64,000 nucleotides of DNA from an uncultured Gammaproteobacteria bacterium (lineage in GTDB: Bacteria; Patescibacteriota; Patescibacteriia; UBA2591; UBA6264). Positions 1 through 7,537 of this stretch are shown in pieces (position 1 is the stretch's first letter; every line of letters begins with the position of its first letter). The translations under genes and the position numbers were made by a program. The stretch is taken from assembly GCA_964596735.1 (NCBI GenBank), contig CAZQVF010000005.1, positions 13,328-77,327 on the forward strand. Reading direction: 5' to 3'. The notes below the pieces were generated by a model, which had not been told where the DNA came from, ran no database searches, and was given only the letters and a program-made list of their open reading frames with translations.

Positions 1-66
1 AGCCAATCAACTTTGTTTTTTCCTTATTTTATGTTATACTTTTATAAGGAAAAAATAATTATTTAT

Positions 67-145
67 AAGAACCTTCTCGCTCTGCTCGCAGAACCTTGAA
101 ATTAAATTATTATTGTATAAAAATTAAGGTAATTTGATTATAAAA
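67..145 (+). promoter_or_regulatory. conserved intergenic promoter-like repeat element, copy 1, upstream of aspS
   Basis: AAGAACCT..CAGAACC TTGAAA(96-101)-14nt-TGTATAAA(114-121)...ATTATAAA. The same architecture recurs at 12460-12530, 15164-15214, 17257-17410 (x2), 42866-42919 and 59041-59118. Confidence 0.5.
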
Positions 146-148
146 CTT

Positions 149-1549
149 ATGAAACGAATTCAAAGCGAAGAAACAATTAATAAAATTAAAAAAGAAGTTA
201 AGCTTTGTGGTTGGGTAAACAGCCGTCGCAACATGGGTAAAATTGTTTTTATTGATTTAAGAGACCGTTCTGGCTTAGTCCAGATTGTTTTTATTCCCCA
301 AGAACTTGATCAAGAATCGCAAAAAGCAGTTAAAGAAACTCGACCTGAATTTGTTGTTGAGGTTAAAGGGGTTGTCCGTCTAAGACCGAAAAATCAAATT
401 AACAAAGATTTAATAAGCGGAAAAATAGAAATCTTAGCTAAAAAATTATCTATTTTAAATCAAGCTAAGACTACGCCATTTGAAATTGACAATGAAACCC
501 TTAAAGCCAACGAAGAACTTCGTCTAAAATACCGTTATTTAGACTTGCGGCATGAACGCATGAAAAATAATCTAATTCTTCGTCATCAAGTTATCAAATT
601 TATCCGTGATTATTTAGATAAAGAAAAATTTTTAGAAATTGAAACACCAATTCTAACTAAAGGCACACCAGAAGGTGCTAGAGAATTTATTATTCCTTCT
701 CGACTTTATCCTGGAAAATTCTATGTTCTCCCTCAAGCCCCTCAACAATTTAAACAACTTTTAATGGTTGCTGGTGTTGAAAAATATTTCCAAATTGCTC
801 GTTGTTTTCGTGATGAAGACACGCGGGGTGATCGTCAACCAGAATTTACTCAATTAGACATTGAAATGAGTTTTGTTGATCAGCATGAGATAATGGATTT
901 AATTGAAAAATTAACTATTGCCCTGATTAAAAAGATAGCTCCAAAAAAGAGAATTTTAACTAAACCCTTTCCCAGGATTACTTATGAACAGGCAATAAAA
1001 AAATATAAAACTGATAAGCCTGATCTAAGAAAGAATAAAAAAGATCCTAATGAACTAGCCTTTTGCTTTATCACAGACTTTCCTCTTTTTCAGTATTCAA
1101 AAACAGAAAAGAAAAATATCTCTGTACACCACCCTTTTACTGCCCCTCAAAAAAAAGATATCCCTATTTTAAGCAAAAAACCCCTAAAAGTATTAGCCCA
1201 GCAATATGATTTTGTTTGTAATGGTTTTGAGTTAGGAGGAGGTTCAATTAGAATTCACCAAAGAGAAATCCAGGAAGAAATTTTTAAAATTCTAAAAATT
1301 AATGAACAAGAAACAGAAAGGCGCTTTGGACACCTCCTTAAAGCTTTTGAATATGGAGCCCCTCCTCATGGCGGCATTGCTCTTGGCTTAGACAGAATAA
1401 TTATGATCCTTGCCAATGAGCCTAATATTCGCGAAGTTATCCCTTTTGCTAAAACAGCTGACGCCAAAGACTTAATGATGGGAGCACCAAGTGAAATTCC
1501 AGAAGAACAATTAAAACAAGCTCATATTGAAATCAAAAAGAAAAAATGA
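149..1549 (+). CDS. aspS: aspartyl-tRNA synthetase (short form, probably non-discriminating)
   Basis: ORF 134..1549. ATG at 149 gives MKRIQ..., matching the AspRS N-terminus. Class II motifs FRDEDTRGDRQPEFTQLDIEMSF, GGGSIRIH, GAPPHGGIALGLDR. Confidence 0.9.
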   Translation: MKRIQSEETINKIKKEVKLCGWVNSRRNMGKIVFIDLRDRSGLVQIVFIPQELDQESQKAVKETRPEFVVEVKGVVRLRPKNQINKDLISGKIEILAKKLSILNQAKTTPFEIDNETLKANEELRLKYRYLDLRHERMKNNLILRHQVIKFIRDYLDKEKFLEIETPILTKGTPEGAREFIIPSRLYPGKFYVLPQAPQQFKQLLMVAGVEKYFQIARCFRDEDTRGDRQPEFTQLDIEMSFVDQHEIMDLIEKLTIALIKKIAPKKRILTKPFPRITYEQAIKKYKTDKPDLRKNKKDPNELAFCFITDFPLFQYSKTEKKNISVHHPFTAPQKKDIPILSKKPLKVLAQQYDFVCNGFELGGGSIRIHQREIQEEIFKILKINEQETERRFGHLLKAFEYGAPPHGGIALGLDRIIMILANEPNIREVIPFAKTADAKDLMMGAPSEIPEEQLKQAHIEIKKKK

Positions 1550-2442
1550 GATTCTTTAGATTAGCTTTACAAAACTTTTTTAGAAATTTTTGGCTTTCTC
1601 TAACCAGTATTATTATCATACTCTTAATGCTGTTTTCCCTAAGCCTAGTTTATAGTTTTAACACCCTGGGCCAGCAAATATTAAGCTCTTTTAAAAATAA
1701 AATGGATTTGGGTGTGTATTTAAACCAAAACATTGATTTAAATCAATTAAGCCTTTTAAGGTCTGAGTTGGAGAATATGGATGAAATAAAAGAGGTATAT
1801 TATCTTACCCCTGAAGAATCTTTAGAAAATTTTAAAGAAAAACATGTAAATGATCCTTTAATTTTGAAATCATTAAAAGAACTGAATGAAAATCCCTTAG
1901 GAGGAGCTTTAACTTTAAAATTTTATGATCCTTCGGGTTATGAAAAAGTTATTTCAGTTATTAATCGTCCTGTTTATAGCGCTTTAATCCGAGATCAAAA
2001 TTTTTATGATTATCAAGAATTAATTCATGTTTTTAATCAATTTAATCAAAAAATTACAGGAGCAGGCTTAAGTATCAGTGGAATTTTTGCTTTAATTACT
2101 ATTTTGGTAATTTTCACCACTATTAAACTAGGGGCTCTTTCTCGTCGTCGAGAAATTAAAATTATGAGACTAGTTGGAGCTTCGGCCTGGTCTATTCGTA
2201 CTCCATTTTTAATTGAAGGTGGTCTATATGCATTTATTGCCTGGATCATAAACTCCGCTCTCATTATTCCTTTGGTCTATTTTTCTCAACCATATTTACA
2301 AAAATTTATTGAACTAGATTTTAATTTATTTATTTACCTGAAAACTGGCGCTTTTCATTTTTGGTTTGGCCTTTTACTCTTTGCTTTAATTGTTTCTCTA
2401 ATCGGTAGCAGTCTGGCAATTAAAAAATATTTAAAATTTTAA
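1546..2442 (+). CDS. ftsX: FtsX-like cell-division/ABC permease protein
   Basis: N-terminal TM helix, ~130 aa extracytoplasmic domain, then 3 C-terminal TM helices (FtsX topology). Overlaps the aspS stop by 4 nt. Confidence 0.65.
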   Translation: MRFFRLALQNFFRNFWLSLTSIIIILLMLFSLSLVYSFNTLGQQILSSFKNKMDLGVYLNQNIDLNQLSLLRSELENMDEIKEVYYLTPEESLENFKEKHVNDPLILKSLKELNENPLGGALTLKFYDPSGYEKVISVINRPVYSALIRDQNFYDYQELIHVFNQFNQKITGAGLSISGIFALITILVIFTTIKLGALSRRREIKIMRLVGASAWSIRTPFLIEGGLYAFIAWIINSALIIPLVYFSQPYLQKFIELDFNLFIYLKTGAFHFWFGLLLFALIVSLIGSSLAIKKYLKF

Positions 2443-2457
2443 TACTCTTTCTTTTTC

Positions 2458-3468
2458 ATGAAGTTAAAAGAGTTTAATTATTCTCTTCCTCAAGAATTGA
2501 TTGCCCAGAAACCTATTCGACCTCGAGATCATTCAAGATTAATGGTTTTAAATAGAAAGAATCATACTATTATTCATGATTCTTTTTATAATCTAGATAA
2601 ATACTTAAAACCAAATGATGTTTTGGTTGCTAATAATTCAAAGGTTATACCCGCTCGCTTGTTTGGGCAGAAAACAACTGGGGGAAAAACAGAAATTCTC
2701 CTTTTAAGACCCCTAAAGAATAATCTATGGGAAATCGTTCTCAGGGGAAAGGGCCAACAAAATAAAGAAATTAAATTCAGCAAAAAGCTCTTTGGTATTT
2801 TAAAGCAACAAATCTCAGACCAGACATGGGAAATAGAGTTTAATTTAACCAATAATGCCCTACTCAAACAAATATATAAATTAGGTCACACTCCAACTCC
2901 CCCGTATATTAAACGTGCTTCCAGCTTACAAGAATATCAGACAACATATGCTCAGACTCCTGGTTCAGCGGCAGCGCCAACGGCTGGATTTCACTTTACA
3001 AAAAAATTAATTAAAAAATTAAAAAAACAAGGAAATGAATTTGAATTTATTACCCTCCATGTTGGTTTAGGAACTTTTCAGCCAGTAAGAACAGAAAACA
3101 TTGAAGAACATCAAATACATGCCGAGTGGGGAGAAATAACAAAGCAAACCGCAGAAAAATTAAATCAAGCAAAAGAAAACAAACAAAGAATTATTGCTAT
3201 TGGGACAACAACAACAAGAATTTTAGAGGCATTTACTCTTGAAAAAAAAGTAATTTCAGGAGAAAAATGGATCAATACCTTTATTTATCCTGGCTATGAG
3301 TTTAAATTCATCAACGGCTTAATTACTAATTTTCACCTCCCTCAATCAAGTCTTTTAATGTTGGTTTGTGCTTTTGCTGAAAAAAACTTTATTTTTCAAG
3401 CTTATGAGCAAGCCATAAAAGAAAAATACAGATTTTATTCTTTTGGTGATGCAATGTTAATTATCTAA
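2458..3468 (+). CDS. queA: S-adenosylmethionine:tRNA ribosyltransferase-isomerase
   Basis: MKLKEFNYSLPQELIAQKPIRPRDHSRLMVL... typical QueA N-terminus and length. Confidence 0.9.
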   Translation: MKLKEFNYSLPQELIAQKPIRPRDHSRLMVLNRKNHTIIHDSFYNLDKYLKPNDVLVANNSKVIPARLFGQKTTGGKTEILLLRPLKNNLWEIVLRGKGQQNKEIKFSKKLFGILKQQISDQTWEIEFNLTNNALLKQIYKLGHTPTPPYIKRASSLQEYQTTYAQTPGSAAAPTAGFHFTKKLIKKLKKQGNEFEFITLHVGLGTFQPVRTENIEEHQIHAEWGEITKQTAEKLNQAKENKQRIIAIGTTTTRILEAFTLEKKVISGEKWINTFIYPGYEFKFINGLITNFHLPQSSLLMLVCAFAEKNFIFQAYEQAIKEKYRFYSFGDAMLII

Positions 3469-3510
3469 AACTTGATTTTTTTAAAAATTCTCCTATAATA
3501 AACTTAATTT

Positions 3511-3582
3511 GGCCAGGTAGCCAAGTAGTAAGGCAGGTGTCTGCAAAACACCTATACACGGGTGCAATTCCCGTCCTGGCCT
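3511..3582 (+). tRNA. tRNA-Cys (GCA)
   Basis: GGCCAGG acceptor stem pairing with CCTGGCC; anticodon stem GTGTC/GACAC with loop CTGCAAA (anticodon GCA); canonical T-arm; followed by a T-run. Confidence 0.85.
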
Positions 3583-3585
3583 TTT

Positions 3586-3613
3586 TTGTTTTTCTTTTAA
3601 TCTCTGGTATAAT
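3586..3613 (+). promoter_or_regulatory. sigma70-like promoter for the 5'-3' exonuclease gene (TTGTTT-N16-TATAAT); -10 ends 6 nt before the ATG
   Basis: TTGTTT 3586-3591, TATAAT 3608-3613, ATG at 3620. No Shine-Dalgarno sequence. Confidence 0.4.
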
Positions 3614-3619
3614 AAAAAC

Positions 3620-4549
3620 ATGAAAAAAAATCCAAAACTTATTCTTATTGATGCCCAGGCCGTACTTCATCGCGCTTGGCACGCTTTACCTCAACTAACT
3701 GATTCTCAAGGCAGGACAACCAATGCTGTTTATGGTTTTACAGCTCTTTTATTAAAACTTATTAATGAACAAAAACCTGATTATCTGGCAATTGCTTTTG
3801 ATACTAAGGCTCCTACTTTTCGTCATGAAAAATATGAGGCGTACAAGGCAGGAAGAGAAAAACAACCTCAGAATTTTTATGATCAAATCGACTTTACCAA
3901 GGACATTATTAAACCATTTGATATTCCTGTTTTTGAAAAAGACGGTTTTGAGGCCGATGACCTAATTGGAGCAATTGTGAGAGCACAGAAAAAAAATATC
4001 CCCAATCTTGAATGTTTAATTGTTACTGGTGATTTGGATTTGTGTCAATTAATTGACACAAAAACCTCAGTTTATTTTCTTAGACATGGAATTTCCCAAA
4101 TAAAGATCTATGACCAAAAAGCTGTTAAGGAACGCTTTGATTTGTCGCCTCAACAATTAATTGATTTTAAAGCCTTGAGTGGGGATCCTTCAGATAATAT
4201 TAAGGGTGTTCCTGGTATTGGCCCAAAAACAGCTTTGAACTTAATTAAAAAATTCAAAAACATAGAGAAACTTTATCAACACCTGGAAGGATGTGTCAAA
4301 ACAAAGAAAAGGTGTTTAATTAAAGAATCATTAATGCACCTTCTTTTAAAAAACAAAAAACAAGTTTTTTTGGACAAAGAATTAGTAACTATTGTACAAA
4401 AAATTCCTGGATTAAATCTAAGAAAGCTAAAATGTTTAAAAGCTTTTGATCTAGAAAAAATTGCTCATATCTTCCAGGGATTTGGATTTAAAAGTTTAAT
4501 TAAAAGATTGGAAAAAAATGGTTTAGGCCAGCAAAATAAGCTTTTTTAA
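3620..4549 (+). CDS. standalone 5'-3' exonuclease (FEN / Pol I N-terminal domain homolog)
   Basis: LILIDAQAVLHRAWHALP...GFTALLLKLINEQKPDYLAIAFD... plus H3TH region GDPSDNIKGVPGIGPKTA. No polymerase domain follows. Confidence 0.85.
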   Translation: MKKNPKLILIDAQAVLHRAWHALPQLTDSQGRTTNAVYGFTALLLKLINEQKPDYLAIAFDTKAPTFRHEKYEAYKAGREKQPQNFYDQIDFTKDIIKPFDIPVFEKDGFEADDLIGAIVRAQKKNIPNLECLIVTGDLDLCQLIDTKTSVYFLRHGISQIKIYDQKAVKERFDLSPQQLIDFKALSGDPSDNIKGVPGIGPKTALNLIKKFKNIEKLYQHLEGCVKTKKRCLIKESLMHLLLKNKKQVFLDKELVTIVQKIPGLNLRKLKCLKAFDLEKIAHIFQGFGFKSLIKRLEKNGLGQQNKLF

Positions 4550-4551
4550 TT

Positions 4552-5556
4552 ATGATTGGATTTTTCTATGGCTCAGACACTTATCGTTCAAAACAAAAGT
4601 TAATGAGCTTAAAAAAAGAATTTATTCGTCGAAAAGACCAAAAGGGCCTTAATGTTTCAACTATTGAAGGGGCTAACCTAACCTTAGACGAACTAAGAAA
4701 AGTCTTTTTAAGTACTGGTCTTTTTGCTCAAAAAAGATTACTAATTATCAAGGGCCTTTTATCTCAACGTTTTTTAAAAAAAAATTTAGAAGAAAAAGAA
4801 GAATTATTTAAAGAAATAATAAAAATCATTAAAAAAACGCGGCAAAGTCAGGATAACTCTCTTATTTTCTGGGACGAAGAGATTAAAGAAAAACAGTTAA
4901 ATCCCCTTCAAAAACGCATTTATCAACTGTTAAAAAAAGAAAAATATGCTGAAGAATTTAAATTATTAACAGGACTTGCTTTAAAAAATTGGATAAAAAA
5001 ACAAGCCGCTCAAGAAAATATTCAGATTGAAAACCAGGTTATTGATCTACTTATTAAAACTAATAGAGATAATCTCTGGCTTTTAAAAAATGAACTTGAT
5101 AAATTAATTGCCTGGCAGTTGTTGTCAAAAAAAGCTCAAAAAATTTGTTTGTCTGATGCCCAAAGTCTTGCTCCACCTGAAATTGAACAAGACATATGGC
5201 GTTTAATTGATGCCTTAGGGCACCGAGATAAATTAAAAGCTCTCAAAATTTTGTCTGATCAGTTTAAAAATGGAGTTGAAACCTCTAAAATCATTACTCT
5301 TTTAGCACATCAATATCGTACTATTCTAAGAATAAAATCCTACCTGCAAACTCACCCCGTTATTAATCAATATCAAATAGCAAAAACACTCTCTCTTCAT
5401 CCTTTTGTCTGTAAAAAGGGATTGATTCAAGAAAAAAATTATACATTAGAGGAATTAAAAAAAATCTATCAACAATTATTAAAGATAGACTTTTTAAGAA
5501 AAACTCGGAAAATCGATTCCGAGATGTTATTAGATTTGCTAATTATTAAATCCTAA
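4552..5556 (+). CDS. holA: DNA polymerase III delta subunit
   Basis: 334 aa; N-terminus MIGFFYGSDTYRSKQKLMSLKKEF is typical of HolA; directly downstream of the exonuclease gene. Confidence 0.6.
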   Translation: MIGFFYGSDTYRSKQKLMSLKKEFIRRKDQKGLNVSTIEGANLTLDELRKVFLSTGLFAQKRLLIIKGLLSQRFLKKNLEEKEELFKEIIKIIKKTRQSQDNSLIFWDEEIKEKQLNPLQKRIYQLLKKEKYAEEFKLLTGLALKNWIKKQAAQENIQIENQVIDLLIKTNRDNLWLLKNELDKLIAWQLLSKKAQKICLSDAQSLAPPEIEQDIWRLIDALGHRDKLKALKILSDQFKNGVETSKIITLLAHQYRTILRIKSYLQTHPVINQYQIAKTLSLHPFVCKKGLIQEKNYTLEELKKIYQQLLKIDFLRKTRKIDSEMLLDLLIIKS

Positions 5557-5823
5557 TTATTTTGACAAACTGTTTATTTTTTTAACTAATCGCGACTTAC
5601 TCCGAGCCGCGGTATTTTTTTTCAAAACACCCTTTTGCACTGCTCGATCAAAAGATTTTTGTAATTTTGCATAAAGATCAACCGCCTCTTTCTTTTTCTT
5701 AGCGGCAATCGATTTTAAAAACTGTCGTTTTAACCAGCTAATATTTGCTTTGGTTTTTTTGTTACGTTCTGCACGTTTTTTTGACTGGCGAAGCGCCTTA
5801 ACTGCTGACTTTTTAATTGGCAT
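5557..5823 (-). CDS. rpsT: 30S ribosomal protein S20
   Basis: MPIKKSAVKALRQSKKRAERNKKTKANI... S20 signature. Confidence 0.9.
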   Translation of the reverse strand: MPIKKSAVKALRQSKKRAERNKKTKANISWLKRQFLKSIAAKKKKEAVDLYAKLQKSFDRAVQKGVLKKNTAARSKSRLVKKINSLSK

Positions 5824-5833
5824 GTTTAATAAT

Positions 5834-6112
5834 TTATAACGATCCTTCTTCTTCCTGTTTTAATAACTCTTCCTCTTGGGCGATTAGCTTGTCCCACTTA
5901 TTCCGACCATTAATCAAAATGTTTAGTCTTGCTTTAAAATCTTCATTAAATTCTCTAAGTAATTTAGAATTTTTTTGAAAAAGATTTAAAAGATCTTCCA
6001 ATGCCTGCTCTGGTAAAGCAGGCAAAAAAACCAGTAAATCATTTTGATCATTAGGTGAGATTTTATTAGAAGAAGTAATGACTTCTCGTAATTTTTCTAA
6101 TATTTTTGACAT
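5834..6112 (-). CDS. hypothetical small acidic protein
   Basis: 92 aa ORF, no recognisable motif; tightly packed behind rpsT. Confidence 0.4.
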   Translation of the reverse strand: MSKILEKLREVITSSNKISPNDQNDLLVFLPALPEQALEDLLNLFQKNSKLLREFNEDFKARLNILINGRNKWDKLIAQEEELLKQEEEGSL

Positions 6113-6132
6113 CTCCCTTTTGACTATTTCTA

Positions 6133-6423
6133 TTAACCAATCTTTGGATGAAAAAATTTAACCCTTCTGTCTATAACTTGGGGAGTTTGCATGACTTGAT
6201 GCATTAAATCTCGGCTATTCTTAAAAATTTCATTTAAATCTGATTCCGGGTGAGACTCTAAAACCTGTAAATTCTGTTGATCTTTCTTGTTAAAAAATTC
6301 AGCTACTTCGGGAATTTCTGTTTTTTCTAAAATTTTTCTTTGAACTTCCGCAACTGCTCTTTCAATAGCCAATTCCACCTCTGATTTATCCACTCCTGGT
6401 TTAAACAATGACTCAAATGCCAT
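6133..6423 (-). CDS. hypothetical small protein
   Basis: 96 aa ORF, no recognisable motif. Confidence 0.4.
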   Translation of the reverse strand: MAFESLFKPGVDKSEVELAIERAVAEVQRKILEKTEIPEVAEFFNKKDQQNLQVLESHPESDLNEIFKNSRDLMHQVMQTPQVIDRRVKFFHPKIG

Positions 6424-6487
6424 ATATTTTTACAAATCCCCTCCGACAAATTATTTATTGATAAAATTATAACTGATTTTAATCAAC

Positions 6488-6515
6488 TTGTCAAGTGTGC
6501 ATAACCTGATAAAAT
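6488..6515 (+). promoter_or_regulatory. sigma70-like promoter for ruvA (TTGTCA-N16-TAAAAT); -10 ends 6 nt before the ATG
   Basis: TTGTCA 6488-6493, TAAAAT 6510-6515, ATG at 6522. Same geometry as the tsaD and exonuclease promoters. Confidence 0.45.
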
Positions 6516-6521
6516 AATACT

Positions 6522-7094
6522 ATGATTTACTCTATTCAGGGAAAAATAACCAATTTAAAGCCTGACTATGTTGTGGTTGAAACAAACGGGCTTTCTTATC
6601 AAATTTTTGTCACTGATTTTTTAATAGAGAAAATAAAAAAGGATCAAAAAATTAAACTACTAACCTATTTAGAGGTAAGGGAAACCGCCATGGAATTATA
6701 TGGATTTGAAGATGAGACTCACTTAGAATACTTTAAGTATCTGAGATCAATCTCTGGAATTGGACCAAAATCAGCAATGAATGTGCTTTCATTGGTTCGT
6801 TTGTCAGATTTAGAAAAAGCTATTCTTAATGAAAAGGTTGATATTTTAACCAAGGTCTCTGGAATTGGCAAAAAAACAGCCCAAAGGATTGTTCTAGAAC
6901 TTAAAGGAAAAATTGTTAAAACAAAGAAAGGATCATTAGAACAATCCGAAGATGATTCTTTATTAATTGATGCTTTAATTAGTATGGGCTATACCATTAT
7001 CCAGGCCCGAGAAACAATTAAAAAAATCCCATCAGAGATTCAAGGAACAAAAAAAAGGCTTAAACAAGCCTTAAAAATCCTTTCAGGAAGATAA
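6522..7094 (+). CDS. ruvA: Holliday junction DNA helicase RuvA
   Basis: MIYSIQGKI...VVVETNGLSYQIFV. HhH motifs GIGPKSA and GIGKKTA. Confidence 0.9.
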   Translation: MIYSIQGKITNLKPDYVVVETNGLSYQIFVTDFLIEKIKKDQKIKLLTYLEVRETAMELYGFEDETHLEYFKYLRSISGIGPKSAMNVLSLVRLSDLEKAILNEKVDILTKVSGIGKKTAQRIVLELKGKIVKTKKGSLEQSEDDSLLIDALISMGYTIIQARETIKKIPSEIQGTKKRLKQALKILSGR

Positions 7095-7097
7095 AAT

Positions 7098-7484
7098 TTA
7101 TTTCTTAACTTTTTTAACTGCTGTTGGTTTTTTAGTACTAACGGCTGATTTTTTTTCTAAACCAATTGATAAAATCTTAATTTCAGTATATGGCTGACGA
7201 TGTCCTTGTGTTCGATGATAACGAGTTTTTGGTTTATATTTAATTATTTTAACTTTTTTTGCCCTGTCTTGAGCCAAGACCTCTGCTTCAACTTGAATTT
7301 TAAGGTGTGGCTTGCCAATTTCAACTTTTCTTTTTTTGTCATCAAAACATAAAAGAACTTCTTTGAAGGAAATCTTTTTTCCAACCTTTTCTTCGAGTTT
7401 TTCAATACGAAGAATATCTCCTTTTTTTACTAGATATTGCTTGCCTCCTGTTTTAATTACGGCGAATAAACTCATAATAAACAA
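7098..7484 (-). CDS. rplU: 50S ribosomal protein L21 (with basic C-terminal extension)
   Basis: ...FAVIKTGGKQYLVKKGD... L21 core. True start may be the internal Met (MSLFAV) at 7475. Confidence 0.9.
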   Translation of the reverse strand: MFIMSLFAVIKTGGKQYLVKKGDILRIEKLEEKVGKKISFKEVLLCFDDKKRKVEIGKPHLKIQVEAEVLAQDRAKKVKIIKYKPKTRYHRTQGHRQPYTEIKILSIGLEKKSAVSTKKPTAVKKVKK

Positions 7485-7500
7485 ATTATTTGTATTAAAA

Positions 7501-7529
7501 ATATAGCAAATCCACTGCTATATGTCAAA
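7501..7529 (-). terminator. hairpin between the clpC-like gene and rplU (possible terminator/attenuator)
   Basis: ATATAGCA-aatccac-TGCTATAT forms an 8-bp perfect stem; T-rich tract follows on the minus strand. Confidence 0.35.
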
Positions 7530-7537
7530 CCCTAAAA

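Noticed and set aside
2046-2264. Numerous 60-100-aa ORFs antisense to large genes (e.g. 2046-2264, 7587-7898, 8584-8811, 33800-34036, 45131-45340, 50907-51206, 55946-56149, 60106-60354)
   Set aside because: All lie wholly inside, and antisense or out of frame to, strongly supported housekeeping genes. Compositional artefacts of AT-rich sequence.
3461-3682. 73-aa minus-strand ORF
   Set aside because: Runs antisense through tRNA-Cys and the start of the 5'-3' exonuclease gene; spurious.
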